IMG/VR virus record: IMGVR_UViG_3300031660_000010
Location: 1 to 41,577 of that record
DNA from: a virus
Taxonomy: Duplodnaviria; Caudoviricetes
Strand: one strand, 5' to 3'
Length of the DNA stretch: 41,577 nucleotides
Part shown: positions 17,723 to 29,600 of the stretch, one piece after another
Position numbering within the stretch: the first letter of the stretch is position 1
Layout: each line of letters opens with the position of its first letter
Translations under genes and position numbers: made by a program
The notes under the pieces: model-generated
The model's database searches: none
The model's input: the letters and a program-made list of their open reading frames with translations, nothing else
What the model was told of the DNA's origin: nothing

Positions 17723-18575
17723 AATAAAACATTGTTACTACGCAGTAACCTGGGCGTCCATTTGAGCCTCTATGGCTGTTAAAATAGCCTCCAGCTCCAC
17801 CTGAGCCCGGTGCGCTGTGTGATTGATGATTATGACTAAAGTTACCACCTTGTGGGTGTCCAGCTGCTGTTGAGCCGCCCCAATAGCTATCTCCACCGAC
17901 AGCGGATCTGTTATGATGTGATTGGCCACCACCGCCATATATGTTTACTGTACCACCACTACCTGTGCCACCTAAGCCGCCTGAGTGTTGGTTATTTCTA
18001 TTTGCTCCATATCCACCACCTGCTGACAAATACGGTCCGAAGCTACTACCACCTCCATTACCACCTGCACCTGAATAATATGTGCCATTTGATTCACCAC
18101 TAATTGATACTGACACACTAGAAGTTCCGCTCATATCAAGTATGCGTTCTGAATAGCCACCTGCTCCGCCACTTTCTCCGTGTCCTGAGCCTGCTCCGCC
18201 ACCACCTGTAATCTGTACTTTAATGTATCTAACGCCACTTGGCCTTGTCCAGGTGCCACTGCCTGTAAACACTTGCATGCCGTATAATCCAGTAGGCGCA
18301 TAAACTAGTCCGTTATTGCCAGAGTTTATAGTTAGTGCTTGATTAGCACTACCAACTGATGTTAGTCCAGTGCCGCCTTTGGCTACTGCTGTTGATCCTG
18401 TAACAACGGTAGTACCTAAGTTAACTGCACTTACAGCAAGGTCTCCTGATACAACTGTGCTATTAGTAATTTCATCACTAGCAACTGCGTTACTAGCTAG
18501 GTCTCCGGTCTGTACTGTGTCGTTAACAATACCTGCCGTTGTAATTTTTTTTAGTGAACTATAATTAAATGCCAT
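17721..18575 (-). CDS. glycine/histidine-rich tail fibre tip (adhesin-like) protein, copy 2
   Basis: Colinear paralog of the flanking genes. FTGSGTWTRPSGVRYIKVQITGGGGAG. Confidence 0.8.
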   Translation of the reverse strand: MAFNYSSLKKITTAGIVNDTVQTGDLASNAVASDEITNSTVVSGDLAVSAVNLGTTVVTGSTAVAKGGTGLTSVGSANQALTINSGNNGLVYAPTGLYGMQVFTGSGTWTRPSGVRYIKVQITGGGGAGSGHGESGGAGGYSERILDMSGTSSVSVSISGESNGTYYSGAGGNGGGSSFGPYLSAGGGYGANRNNQHSGGLGGTGSGGTVNIYGGGGQSHHNRSAVGGDSYWGGSTAAGHPQGGNFSHNHQSHSAPGSGGAGGYFNSHRGSNGRPGYCVVTMFY

Positions 18576-18596
18576 TTTCTAACCTTTGCCTCTTGT

Positions 18597-19448
18597 TTAA
18601 TAGTAATTAGTCACTACGCAGTAACCCGGACGTCCATTTGAACCTCTGTGTCCGTGATGATATCCACCTGCTCCGCCACTGCCCGGTGCGCTATGATTTT
18701 GATGATTATGACTAAAGTTACCACCTTGTGGGTGTCCAGCTCCTGTTGAACCTCCCCAAAAACTAGATCCTCCTGTCGCTGAACGTCCGTGGTGATTAGT
18801 TCCACCACCGCCATATGTATTAACGTTGCCACCACTACCTACGCCACCTAGGCCGCCTGAGTGTTGATTGTTTCTATTTGCTCCATATCCGCCACCTGCT
18901 GATAGGTAAGGTCCAAAGCTACTACCACCTCCATTACCGCCTGCACCTGAATAATATGTGCCATTTGATTCACCACTAATTGATACTGATACAGAACTAA
19001 TACTACTTACGTCAATAACTTTTTCTGAATAGCCACCTGCTCCGCCACTTTCTCCGTGTCCTGAGCCACCGCCACCGCCACCTGTAATTTGTACTTTAAT
19101 ATACCTTACATTAGATGGTCTGTTCCATGTGCCACTGCCTGTAAACACTTGCATTCCTTGAACACCGTGTTGTTTGCTGCTAATTGCTGAACCATTAGAT
19201 ATAATAGTACGGAAAGCTCCCCCATAAGGATTAGTTGTGCCTAAGCCTCCTTTTGATACTGGTAAAGTTCCTGTAACAACAGTAGTGCCTAAGTTAACTG
19301 CGTTCGTTGCTAGTTTAGCTGCTGTAACATTGCCGTTAGCAATTTCAACATTAGTAACTGCATTAGATCCAAGATCACTTGCAGTGATAGCGCCATCAAC
19401 AATACTTGCTGATGTAATCTTTTTTAATCCGTTATAATCAATAGCCAT
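18597..19448 (-). CDS. glycine/histidine-rich tail fibre tip (adhesin-like) protein, copy 1
   Basis: Colinear paralog. FTGSGTWNRPSNVRYIKVQITGGGGGG. AAGGA RBS. Confidence 0.8.
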   Translation of the reverse strand: MAIDYNGLKKITSASIVDGAITASDLGSNAVTNVEIANGNVTAAKLATNAVNLGTTVVTGTLPVSKGGLGTTNPYGGAFRTIISNGSAISSKQHGVQGMQVFTGSGTWNRPSNVRYIKVQITGGGGGGSGHGESGGAGGYSEKVIDVSSISSVSVSISGESNGTYYSGAGGNGGGSSFGPYLSAGGGYGANRNNQHSGGLGGVGSGGNVNTYGGGGTNHHGRSATGGSSFWGGSTGAGHPQGGNFSHNHQNHSAPGSGGAGGYHHGHRGSNGRPGYCVVTNYY

Positions 19449-19460
19449 TTTGTTTCCTTA

Positions 19461-20267
19461 TTAGATACCGTGTGTAATTAGCCAACCATTAGTAGTACCT
19501 GACCAAACTAATGAAAAAGCAGCACCTTGAGTATTTACTGTCATAGTATCTATGCTTCCCATAATTCTTTGGCCGTTATTACCGACAGTTAATGCTCTAA
19601 CATTAAACGTTCTGCCATAGTCAATAAAGTGAACTACTGCACCTACTGCTGAACCTGTTGGTAGAGTAAGTGTTAATGCAGTTGCTCCGGTATTAACTAA
19701 ATACCTTCCACCATCTACTACTGTTGTATTAGCTGCTTGTACTGTCCACGGTCTTCCGTATTCGCCTTCCATATATGTTTTAGTTATTAAATCATAATCA
19801 GTTGATGGTACATGCGCAGAACTTGCTTTAACATTGGCGCCGTTTACAGTTAAATCACCACCTAGTGTAGTTGTTCCAGTTCCAACGTTAAACGTATTTG
19901 CTCCATTAACAGATAAAGGACCAGTAAAAAGACCACCCGTTGCTGTAATGTAGCCACCTGTATTAACATACAGCATATAGTCTGTACCATCTGATGCTAA
20001 ACTAACAAACGAGTCAGCTCCCATTGCAAATGTTGTAGCATCTGCCCCTGCCATTCGTATAGTGCCAGCCGGAGTTGATAAAGTTACTACACCGCCAGTG
20101 CTATTATAAAATGACTGATGTGCACCAGGAAACATCGACGGCATCGGTAGCGTTATTGTATATGGCGCTGTACCAGTGAGCTGCACAAATTGCCCTGTGC
20201 CTGGCGCTTGTATAGTTCCAACACCATCTCTACTTGCTACTGGATATATAGTATTATATCTTGGCAT
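19461..20267 (-). CDS. tail fibre-associated structural protein
   Basis: Two T(I/L)TLP modules. C-terminal YLVNT..LTLTLP..G..V.FID..F..LTV..NG..I.G...FSLVW...GW resembles T4 gp34-type fibre repeats. AAGGAG RBS. Confidence 0.7.
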   Translation of the reverse strand: MPRYNTIYPVASRDGVGTIQAPGTGQFVQLTGTAPYTITLPMPSMFPGAHQSFYNSTGGVVTLSTPAGTIRMAGADATTFAMGADSFVSLASDGTDYMLYVNTGGYITATGGLFTGPLSVNGANTFNVGTGTTTLGGDLTVNGANVKASSAHVPSTDYDLITKTYMEGEYGRPWTVQAANTTVVDGGRYLVNTGATALTLTLPTGSAVGAVVHFIDYGRTFNVRALTVGNNGQRIMGSIDTMTVNTQGAAFSLVWSGTTNGWLITHGI

Positions 20268-20277
20268 TATTCACTCC

Positions 20278-20613
20278 TTATGTAATTGACGTTTCGATAC
20301 CGTAAACTGTTGCCGATAATGATGCGTTTACGCTAGATACTGCTACTAGGTTTAACCCTGCTTGCATAACTAAACCAGTTCTTTCAAATACGCCTTTGCC
20401 AGCAATTACTGTGTCGTATTCAATGTATTCTGCAATTCCAGGTGTTGCAGCATTTGTTGCCAATGCTAACCTTACTGTTACTGCTGTTGTAGTTGTGTTT
20501 GTTAATGATACGTTACACACTGTATACGAACCAACTGGCACCGTATACACTGTAGTATTTGCTCCTAACACGTTCCCAACTGCTATTGGGGTCTCTAATC
20601 TTCCTGTTGCCAT
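20278..20613 (-). CDS. small beta-rich virion protein (111 aa), same type as 40133..40462
   Basis: Start re-called to MATGRL (ATG at 20613, GGAG RBS). VYTVP...VSLTN...IEYDTVI...GIETSIT. Confidence 0.72.
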   Translation of the reverse strand: MATGRLETPIAVGNVLGANTTVYTVPVGSYTVCNVSLTNTTTTAVTVRLALATNAATPGIAEYIEYDTVIAGKGVFERTGLVMQAGLNLVAVSSVNASLSATVYGIETSIT

Positions 20614-20626
20614 TTCTTTTCTCCGT

Positions 20627-23600
20627 TTATCGTTGCATAAAGAATGCAAGTGCTACTGGCGTACCAGTTATTCCACCTGTAAAGTTCATTCTTGACGTTA
20701 TGTTAATACCAGCTCCTGTAGTAGTACTTATCGAATTTCCTGCAATATACACAATACCTGATGTTAATGTGTTTACATTCAAACTACTCTGACCGCCACC
20801 AATCTGTGCTGTAATATAAGCTCTGATCGCTCGCTGTGTTGAAACAATGTTATCACTATCAGCTGTAAAGAATGGATCTGTACTAAACTGCGTAATGATA
20901 GCACTATCAATACCTAGTTCTAATGCACCAAGTTGCAAGCTGTTCAATCCACTTAGGTTGAACGCACTAGCATTTAGTGTAGCAGTACCAGTTGCCTGTT
21001 GTACTCCAAACAAGTCACCAACGTTAAAGTTACCGTCTTGGTCAGTACTTGTAAAGAATGCTCGTCCACCACCACTAAATAATTCTTGATTTGCTAGAAC
21101 TGCTTTAGTAATATCTACAAATGGGTAGTTAGTCTGTGTCTTGTTACCAGTACCAATATATAGATAATCGTGTCCAGTACAACGTACTTGTGAGTATTTA
21201 ATTCTAGTTGTAACCTTATCTCCATGACTTGGTGCCTTTAACACCGTTAGTCCTGGATTTAACTGCAATGTAGCACTATAGTTACCTTTTGATCCTAATA
21301 GATTAGTTACAGTAACTAGCTTATAGTACTCATCTGGTAAACTTGCAAATTCAACGTTTGCACCTGCAGTTGGTGCTTCGTATAGTCCACTTACGTCAAT
21401 AAACGTACTTGGTTGATACAAATTAGCATGGCCGTCACCAGCAGTTGTTGATGTAGCAGTTGTATTATCAGCACCTCTATTAGTGAAACTTGGGTTACCA
21501 AGTGCGCCATCGCCTGTTCTAATACGCAAGTTACAAGTTTTAACTTTGTTAGGATCAGTTAATGTATATATTGGTCCAGCTGTGTAATTACCACTTAGTG
21601 CAGTAGTAGTTATTAATGTAACTGGAGTTTCATTAGCTGTTGAAGCTGATACTTTAAACGATGTATTTGTAACAATGCTTGACGCAATTACATAATAAGT
21701 TATGTCTTCTAGAAGTCCACTAGTTGACATTCCTCTAAACTCAATTGGTTGATTATCTACTAAGTTAGTAGTATCGTTAGTTGTAATAACACTTCCTGTA
21801 GCATTGGTTGCAGTCACAGGACCTTTTGGATAACCTGATCCTGGCTCAATCATACGTACTTCTGTTACTGTACCACTTGCTACTGCAACTCGTCCAGTTG
21901 ATTGTGCTCCTGTTCTAAGTGTTGCTGCTATTGTTCCTGTTGTTCCAGATAATACTGACCATATTGGTTTATCATCTGTATTACCAAATGCTGCTGCTCT
22001 CCAGTTTGAACTGCTTGGCATAGCTCTCTGTGTCCAAGTAATACCATCTGGACTAGTTGCTGCTATAGTGTTATTTGACACTACTACAAACAACCCTTGT
22101 CCGTATGCAATTTTATTATACGTAGTACTTGCTGGTAATGTTGTAGCAACCCAGTTAAGTCCTTTATCTATACTAATTGCTGCTTTAGTTGAAGCTGTAC
22201 CAGTCTCAATTGCAACAAAGCGTCCGTTGCCGTATGCTACGCTTCCCCATGCAGCAGTCGAAGGCATAGTGCCACCAGCTGTCCAAGAGTTACCATTATC
22301 AGATTTTGCTGTTACATTTGTTCCAGTTGCAATTGCTAAGTAAACATCGTTGCCATATAGTACATCTGAATATGTTCCTGAACCAAGTGTTGGAATAGTT
22401 CTGCTAATCCAACTAGTTGCATTAGTACTTGATATTGCACTACTTGCTCCACCTACAGCAACAAAAATTCCGTTACCGTATGTTAATGATGTTAAATCAG
22501 TTTTTCCTGTACTGCCGCCTGCAGTCCATGCAGTTGTTCCTGCAATGCCTGCTGATGTTGTGTAACAGTTATCGTCAGTTGATGTAGCAACTGCTACATA
22601 TTTTGCATTAGAATCAAGTACTGTAATTGTTGGTGTAGTAGTATAACCTGCACCTGATTGCTGTACAGTTAATTTAACAAGTCCATCTGTTGCACCTGCT
22701 TCGGATGTTCTAGACGGTATTAATACTGCTGATACACCAATGTGTGTTAATACTGCGCTTCCGCTTGCAACTGCTCCTGTAGCATGTACTGGACCTGTTG
22801 CTGCTGTTGTACCAGCAGTTGTTACTCTATACCAGTTTGTGACGTTAGGTGAAACACCTGTGTTAACATGGTATAAAATATCATTTAAATCTTCTGCTGT
22901 ACTTGCTGCCCATGCAGTACCAACAAACGGTGCTGTAAGTGTTATTGTTGGATCACTAAAGTAATGACGTCCCCAAGCGTAAACTGTAGCTTCGGTAATT
23001 CTATCTGAAGTTGCCGTAACTGTTGGAAGTGTATTGTATCCCGAACCCGGAATAGTCATTGTTATCTCTCTAATCTGACCATCAATAACTGCTGCAACAC
23101 CTGTTGCACCTACTCCGCCACTTGTAGGAGTAAACGTAATAGTTGGTGCTGTTGTATAACCTTGTCCACCGTTAACTACTGTTACACTTGCAATCTGATC
23201 TCCTGTTGGATCTCCGTTAACGTTAGCTACTCCAAACACTGCTGTTAATACAGCGCCTTCGCCGCCTAGTCCGCCAACTGTTGCTGTAGCCTCTGCACCT
23301 TCACCGCCGCCATATACTACGTCGGTCCATGCTAGGTTGCCAGTTAAAGCGCCTGCATCAGCCCATGTAATTCCGTCTGTTGAGTAATTAGTAATTGTTC
23401 CTGACGCTTCAACAGCAACAAATTTGCCATCTCCGTATGCAACTTCTTGCCAATCAGCACTTGTTGCTAATGTTCTCGCAGTAGCAGTATAACCTGGTGC
23501 TGTATAAGATATTTGTGGTTCAATAATATAACTAGTTGTTAAGTCAAGTGCACCAACAATTGCTGTACCTGGAACTACGTGATCCCAACCTGCTGCACCT

Positions 23601-26600
23601 GTTGATGGTTTAGTAACTGTAGCAATCTTACTACCAGTACCATAGGTAGCAATGTTTGCAAATTGTCCAACACCTGTACCAGCAACAATTTGTATTCTCA
23701 TACCAACGTATGCTGCACTTAATGCTTGGTCTGTAGCTGCAATAGTAATTTGTGTTGTGTTACCACTTTGTGCTGCGTTACTTGCTGTAACGTAACTTGA
23801 TCCACCTGTGCCTTCGGAGTTATTAATATCAATAATTCTTGTTTCAAATGTACTAGCATCTCTAAATTCATCTGCAATTGCAGCAGCATTATAGCCTGCA
23901 CCGTTAACAACATGTAAACTATTTGAATATCCTGATCCTGCATTTCCGAACTCAAGTCTTAATACTTCAGTAGTAGCATCTGTAATTACATCAGTAATTT
24001 GTGCTTGTGCTCCTTTGTTATTAATAGTACCAACAATTGGCACTTCTGCACTTGATACACCTTCAGCAATAACTCCATATGTACCATATGAACTGTTACC
24101 GTTAGTAGCACGTATACGTCCACCTAGTTCTGCAAGATATCCTGCATAGCCATAATAGTTAAACACTGACACAAGCTCTGTTAATGAATCTGATCCAGTA
24201 CACCATACACCAATACCATCACTGATAATAGTTGTAAAGTCGTTCTTAACCATTGACTTATTACCGCCATTATGCAGTCCTGAATCAATTTTAGCGCCAG
24301 TACATCCTGTACCAAACATAGTAACGTTCTGTGAATAATGCGAACGTGTTAGTACCCATACTGCTTCATCATTTGGTCCCCAACCTGGATCAAGTGCAAC
24401 AAATGCTCCTGCTGTAGGACGCTTAGTATAGTAATCATTCTCTTCTGATAAATCTCCGTCTAGTCCACTTAGTGTACAGTTTCTTAAACCACATGCGTTT
24501 CTTGTTCTAAACATATCTGAGTATTCTGAACCATCTACTGCATTAACATATAGTTCAGCAGCTCTAGTTGATTTATAATTACTTGATCCATTTAAATCGT
24601 CTACTAGTGCAGTAACATACTCTCGCATATCTCTCTTACATAATGCTGCACTAAATGCATAACGCACAGTACATGAAGATGATGTTAGTGTTGTTAGAGA
24701 TACTTCAGTTGTATCTGTACGTAGAAGTTTTACAGTAAATGTAGTAAGACTTGGTGTTGTAAACACATAGTATGTTACGTCATCTGCTGTGCCGCCAAAT
24801 GCGTTAGTAAATACAACTGGATCACCTACTCTTAAGTTATGATTTGTACTTGTTGTATATACGTTAGAAATAGCAGTAGCATCAGTAACTAGTCCGCCAA
24901 AGCTCTGTGTAATCCACGCAGTTGCTTCACTAGCCAAGTATTCTGTATTTGCTTTAAGTATTTCAGCAGCACGATGCATTGTAGAATTATTATAATATGT
25001 CATAGTACCGTAAACTTCTGGAGTTTCATTAATACCTTTATCAATTAAGTTAATAATTGTTTTCATATTATGTTTAGTTGTTTTTAATGAAGCAGCATCA
25101 GTTGCTACAATGTCAGTAACTAATTTATACAACTGTCTCATAGATTGCAATGTTGGTTTACGTTGTAATCCAGTAATTGCTAATTTTGCTTGTGCTTGAT
25201 GATATGCCATACCTGCTTTAATTGAACGGAAGTTCGATCCTAGCATTAAGTCATTAGCAAGAGCGTCAATTATACGACCAACGTCTCTTTCACAAGTTGC
25301 AGCATTATAAGTCAAGTTTGGATAGTTAGTATTAATAAACACTGTAATAGCTGTAATTGTTGCTGCTCTTGCAGATATTAATAGTCCAGCCTGTGTTACC
25401 TTTGTAGAGTCTACCCAAGATGTACTTGGAAGAACTTCAGTAATTGTTGTTTTATCATCAATGTATTGAATTAATGCTTGTACTTTAGTGTTTGTTAGAC
25501 CAGCAGTAGTTGCATCGCCTGTTAGACCAGTTATACGTGTTACACCTGTTTGTAGTGCAGTATAAGCAGTTCCGCCTTGGGCAATGTCTGCAATAATTGC
25601 CTTCATATTACCGTATGCTGCTATTGTTGCTACTTTATCAGCAGCAGTAATTTGCAATGCACCAGCACCTAAACTACCATCAGCTAATGTTTGTGCATAG
25701 TACGCTAGTGCTGCTTGGCGTGTTGCAAAGTTGCCACCATAAGTCAAGTCATAACGTAGTGCATCAACAATGAAGTCAATGTCTGCAATACAACCATCTG
25801 CACTATGTATTATAGCTGGATAGTTAGTTGCAATATATTGTAATGTTTCTCTAGCAATAAACGCTTTGTTCTGATGTATTAGTTTAGCACCTGCATAATC
25901 TTGAGCGTCAACACCAGTGTAGCTAGGCCAAAGAGTATTTACTTTGGCGCCGCCTTTTATTGTTCCAACAATATCGTCAACAGTTTCACTAACTTGTGCT
26001 ATTGCTCCGCCTGATGCTACTGCTTTAGTTTTATATTTTAAGAACTTAACTAGTCCTAGTGATGCTTTCTTCTGTGTAGTAAGTACAACTGTGTTGGAAG
26101 CTAATGCTCTATGATAGCTTCTTCCAGTAACAATTGCTGCAAAGTTACTACCAAACATCATGTCGTATGCTAATGCATCGATCATGTATCCAATGTCTCG
26201 CGAACAAGTTGCTTGATTAAATGTTAAGTCTTGGAAGAACTTTCTTACATATACTAAACCGTCACTTTGAATTTCAGCTTTGTTAGTTAGTAGTCTGTTT
26301 GCGCCCGCTACTAAGTTTGCTTCTACTTGTGTTGTAGTAGGAGCAATAGTTGCGTTTTCAACGCCATTGTTAATATTATCAACAACATCTTGCATTCTTG
26401 CTTGTGCAAATGTTGCTGCGCCAGCACTACCTGCTGTTCCTGTTGTGTCTTGTGTTTCAGTGTTTCCTGTTTGAGCAGTTACACTAGCTTTAGTAACAAT
26501 GTCATCTAATATAGATTTAATATGTCCATATGCTGCCACTGTTGCTGCTTTTTCAAGTGCCGTGCCGCCATTAAAATTAATAAAAGTAAAGTACGCTCTG

Positions 26601-29600
26601 CCACTTATTATTGACTGTGTGTTGCCGCCATATGTTAAGTCGTAACGTATAGCATCAAGAATGTATCCAACATCACGCTGACATGTTGCCTGTCCTGTTG
26701 CACCTAGTGCTGCCCAAACAGCCGCATAATTTATTTCAATATACTTACTAACGTCTGCTTTAATATATGTAGCGTTTAGCCCAACTAGTCTTGCTGCGTT
26801 CATAAATCCAGCTGCAATGTTTGACGGAAGAGGCATAACTTCAACAGGTACCGAATCAGCACCATTATTAAATATATCTGATATAGTATTTGCACTAAGC
26901 GTAATTCTATCACTAGCAACAGTATTACCAGTTAAGTTTGTAATACCTCTTGCTGATTCTGTAACTGCTCCGCCAACGTATCCAATAATACCAATAGTTG
27001 GTTGTAGCTGCGAAGCAACAACAACTTGTGAGCTAGCAATTGCTCTATAGTAACTCATTGCATTCCATATTGATAGGAAGTTACTGCCAAGTACTAAGTC
27101 ATATGCTAGTGCATCAACAATATATCCTACATCACGTGAACATGTTGTTGCATTAAATGATAGTGTTGGATAAGTATCAATTACCCAGTTAACAGCAGAT
27201 TCTTGTATATGAGCTTTAGCTGCTTGTACATTTGCAAAGTCGGCTTGTAGTGCTGCACTTGCCCAAGTAATTACAGGTGCTACTGTTGTTGGTGTTGTAC
27301 CAGTATCAATTGTATCGTGTATTTCTTGAATTCTTGTTTGTGCAAATGTTGCTGCCGCTGCACTACCTGCTGTGCCACTTACAACTTGTACTTCGGCATT
27401 TGCTGAAGTTTCTGTCCACCCTGCTGTATTACCAGTAACAATGTTATCAATAATATCTTTAATACGTAGCTGAACTGCTTTAGCAGGATCTTCGCCGCTC
27501 ACTTCAACTAGTACACCGTTTGCATAGTATGAACGAGCATTAATAACTGTACCTAAATTACCACCGTAAGTTAAGTCAAATATTATTGCATCAACTGTAT
27601 ATCCAACGTCGCGTTCACACTTTACACGGTTATCGCCGGCATATGCGAATCCGTTAAACGGAGATGTTGATGCTGCAATCTGTGCATCGACCCAGGCACT
27701 AATTTCTTTTTGTATGAATACTTTGTTTGCAATAAGTAATCTACGAGCGTTAAAATATCCTGCATCCATACCAACTGGATCTGGAAATACTGCTGTTGGT
27801 AATGTTCCAATTCCAGATGTAAGTATTTCTGTCATTACGCCAAGGTTAGCAGTTAATGTATCTGTACCCTTAGTTTCAATTTTAACAAGCTCACTTAGAT
27901 AATTAATAGCACCAGTAGTTTCTAATAGCTGACTATTAATTACTACATTAGTACTTGTTATTCCACGTCTGTAAGACTTACTTGCATTAATAGAAGCATA
28001 GTTACTTCCTAACATGGCGTCATTGCCTAGTGCATCAATAATGTATCCAGTATCACGTGTACATAGTGTTTCGTTAAATGTTAAATCAGGATAGTTATTT
28101 TTAATCCAAGAAATAACAGATGCAGCTATAGTTGTTTTTGCAGATTGTACAGCAGTAACCGCTGACACAATACGTGGATTTACGTGAGTTGTACTTGGTT
28201 GTACTAGTGCAGCTTCAACTCCTGTGTTAATTGTAGTACGAATCTGTAGTAATGCTGCTACTGCAAAGTTTGATGCTGCTGCTGATCCTGCTGTGCCGCT
28301 TACGTCTTGTACTTCGGCATTTGCTGGAGTTTCTGTCCATCCTGCTGTATTACCAGTAACAATGTTGTCAATGATATCTCTAAGTCTATCTTGTACAGCT
28401 AATGCTCTTAGTTTTGAATCAGCAGTACCGATGTATGCGCCTAGTGTATAGTAAGCGCGAGCTGCAACACTAGTTTGTAAGTTTCCGCCATATGTTAAAT
28501 CATATGAAACAACATCAACTATATTTCCAGTATCACGTTCGCAATCTGCTTGCGCTTCTGCATCATAAGTAAATCCAGCAAACGGAGCAATTGATCCTGT
28601 TACTTGTGCTGCAATCCAAGCACTAACTTCTGCTTGTAAAAATGCTTTGTTAGCATTAATAAGTCTACGTGCATTTAAAAATCCAGCATCGTATTCAGTT
28701 GGGTCAGTTAACACAATAGCAGGCACTGTTCCGCCTTTTATTATAGTATTCATCATAGCAACATTGCTATTTACTGACGGTTCTAAAATACTTTCATGTG
28801 AATCATAAACATATGCTTGTACTTCTGTATTACCAGTAGTACTGTAAATTTTAGTATTACTTAATAAGTTAGGAACAAGAGCCTTCATACGTCTAATAGC
28901 TGATATCGATTTTGCTGTATCTTTAGATAATGTAGCTATAGCAGGCTGTGGGCGTATTACTGTACCACGGAGTTCGTCTCCTACTACTGCTGTGTTTTTT
29001 GGAATTACGATTGGTAATACTTCAAAGTATGTACCTGTCTTAACTGCAATAGTATTAGTTGCAAAGACAGCTGCCGGAATACCAGTCTTTGATCCAACAT
29101 ATATACCATCTGTTACTACACTTAAAAGTGTATTAACTTCGGCTATAATATCAGTGTCTTGTATATATGTTGTTGCTGATGTAAAGTGTTGCTTAGGTCC
29201 GTTATATACGCCATTCTTAGCTTGGTAGCAAACTGCTGGCTTGTTTTGTACTACGTCAATAACAAGATCTTTCATATAATTATATGATGCAATTGTTTGT
29301 GTTAGCTGTTGTCCAAAGTTAGAGTTAATGTATGCAGTTCCTGCCACAGTATAATATGCTTGTGCTGCTATTGTGATTTCTTCGTTTCCGCCGTGTCCAA
29401 TATCAAATACTAATGCATCAACTATTTTTCCTGTATCACGTTGGCATTTATCATAGTCATATGATAATGCTCCAGTCATAGTACCAGTTTGATCAGTAAG
29501 CTGAATAAGTGTTCCGCCTGCTGTTGCACTAATAGTGAATGTAGTTGCATTAATGATAGTTTTTACAAAATACTTTGTTGCTGCTGTGACTCCGCCTACA

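Noticed and set aside
16865-18835. Three similar alternative-frame ORFs (MAVVA.../MVATL...) inside the adhesin genes
   Set aside because: Shadows of Gly-rich codons, repeated only because the host genes are paralogs. No RBS noticed.
16848-19448. Diversity-generating retroelement (TR/VR pair) among the adhesin repeats
   Set aside because: All three copies are full coding genes, the differences are not adenine-specific, and no reverse transcriptase is in the window.
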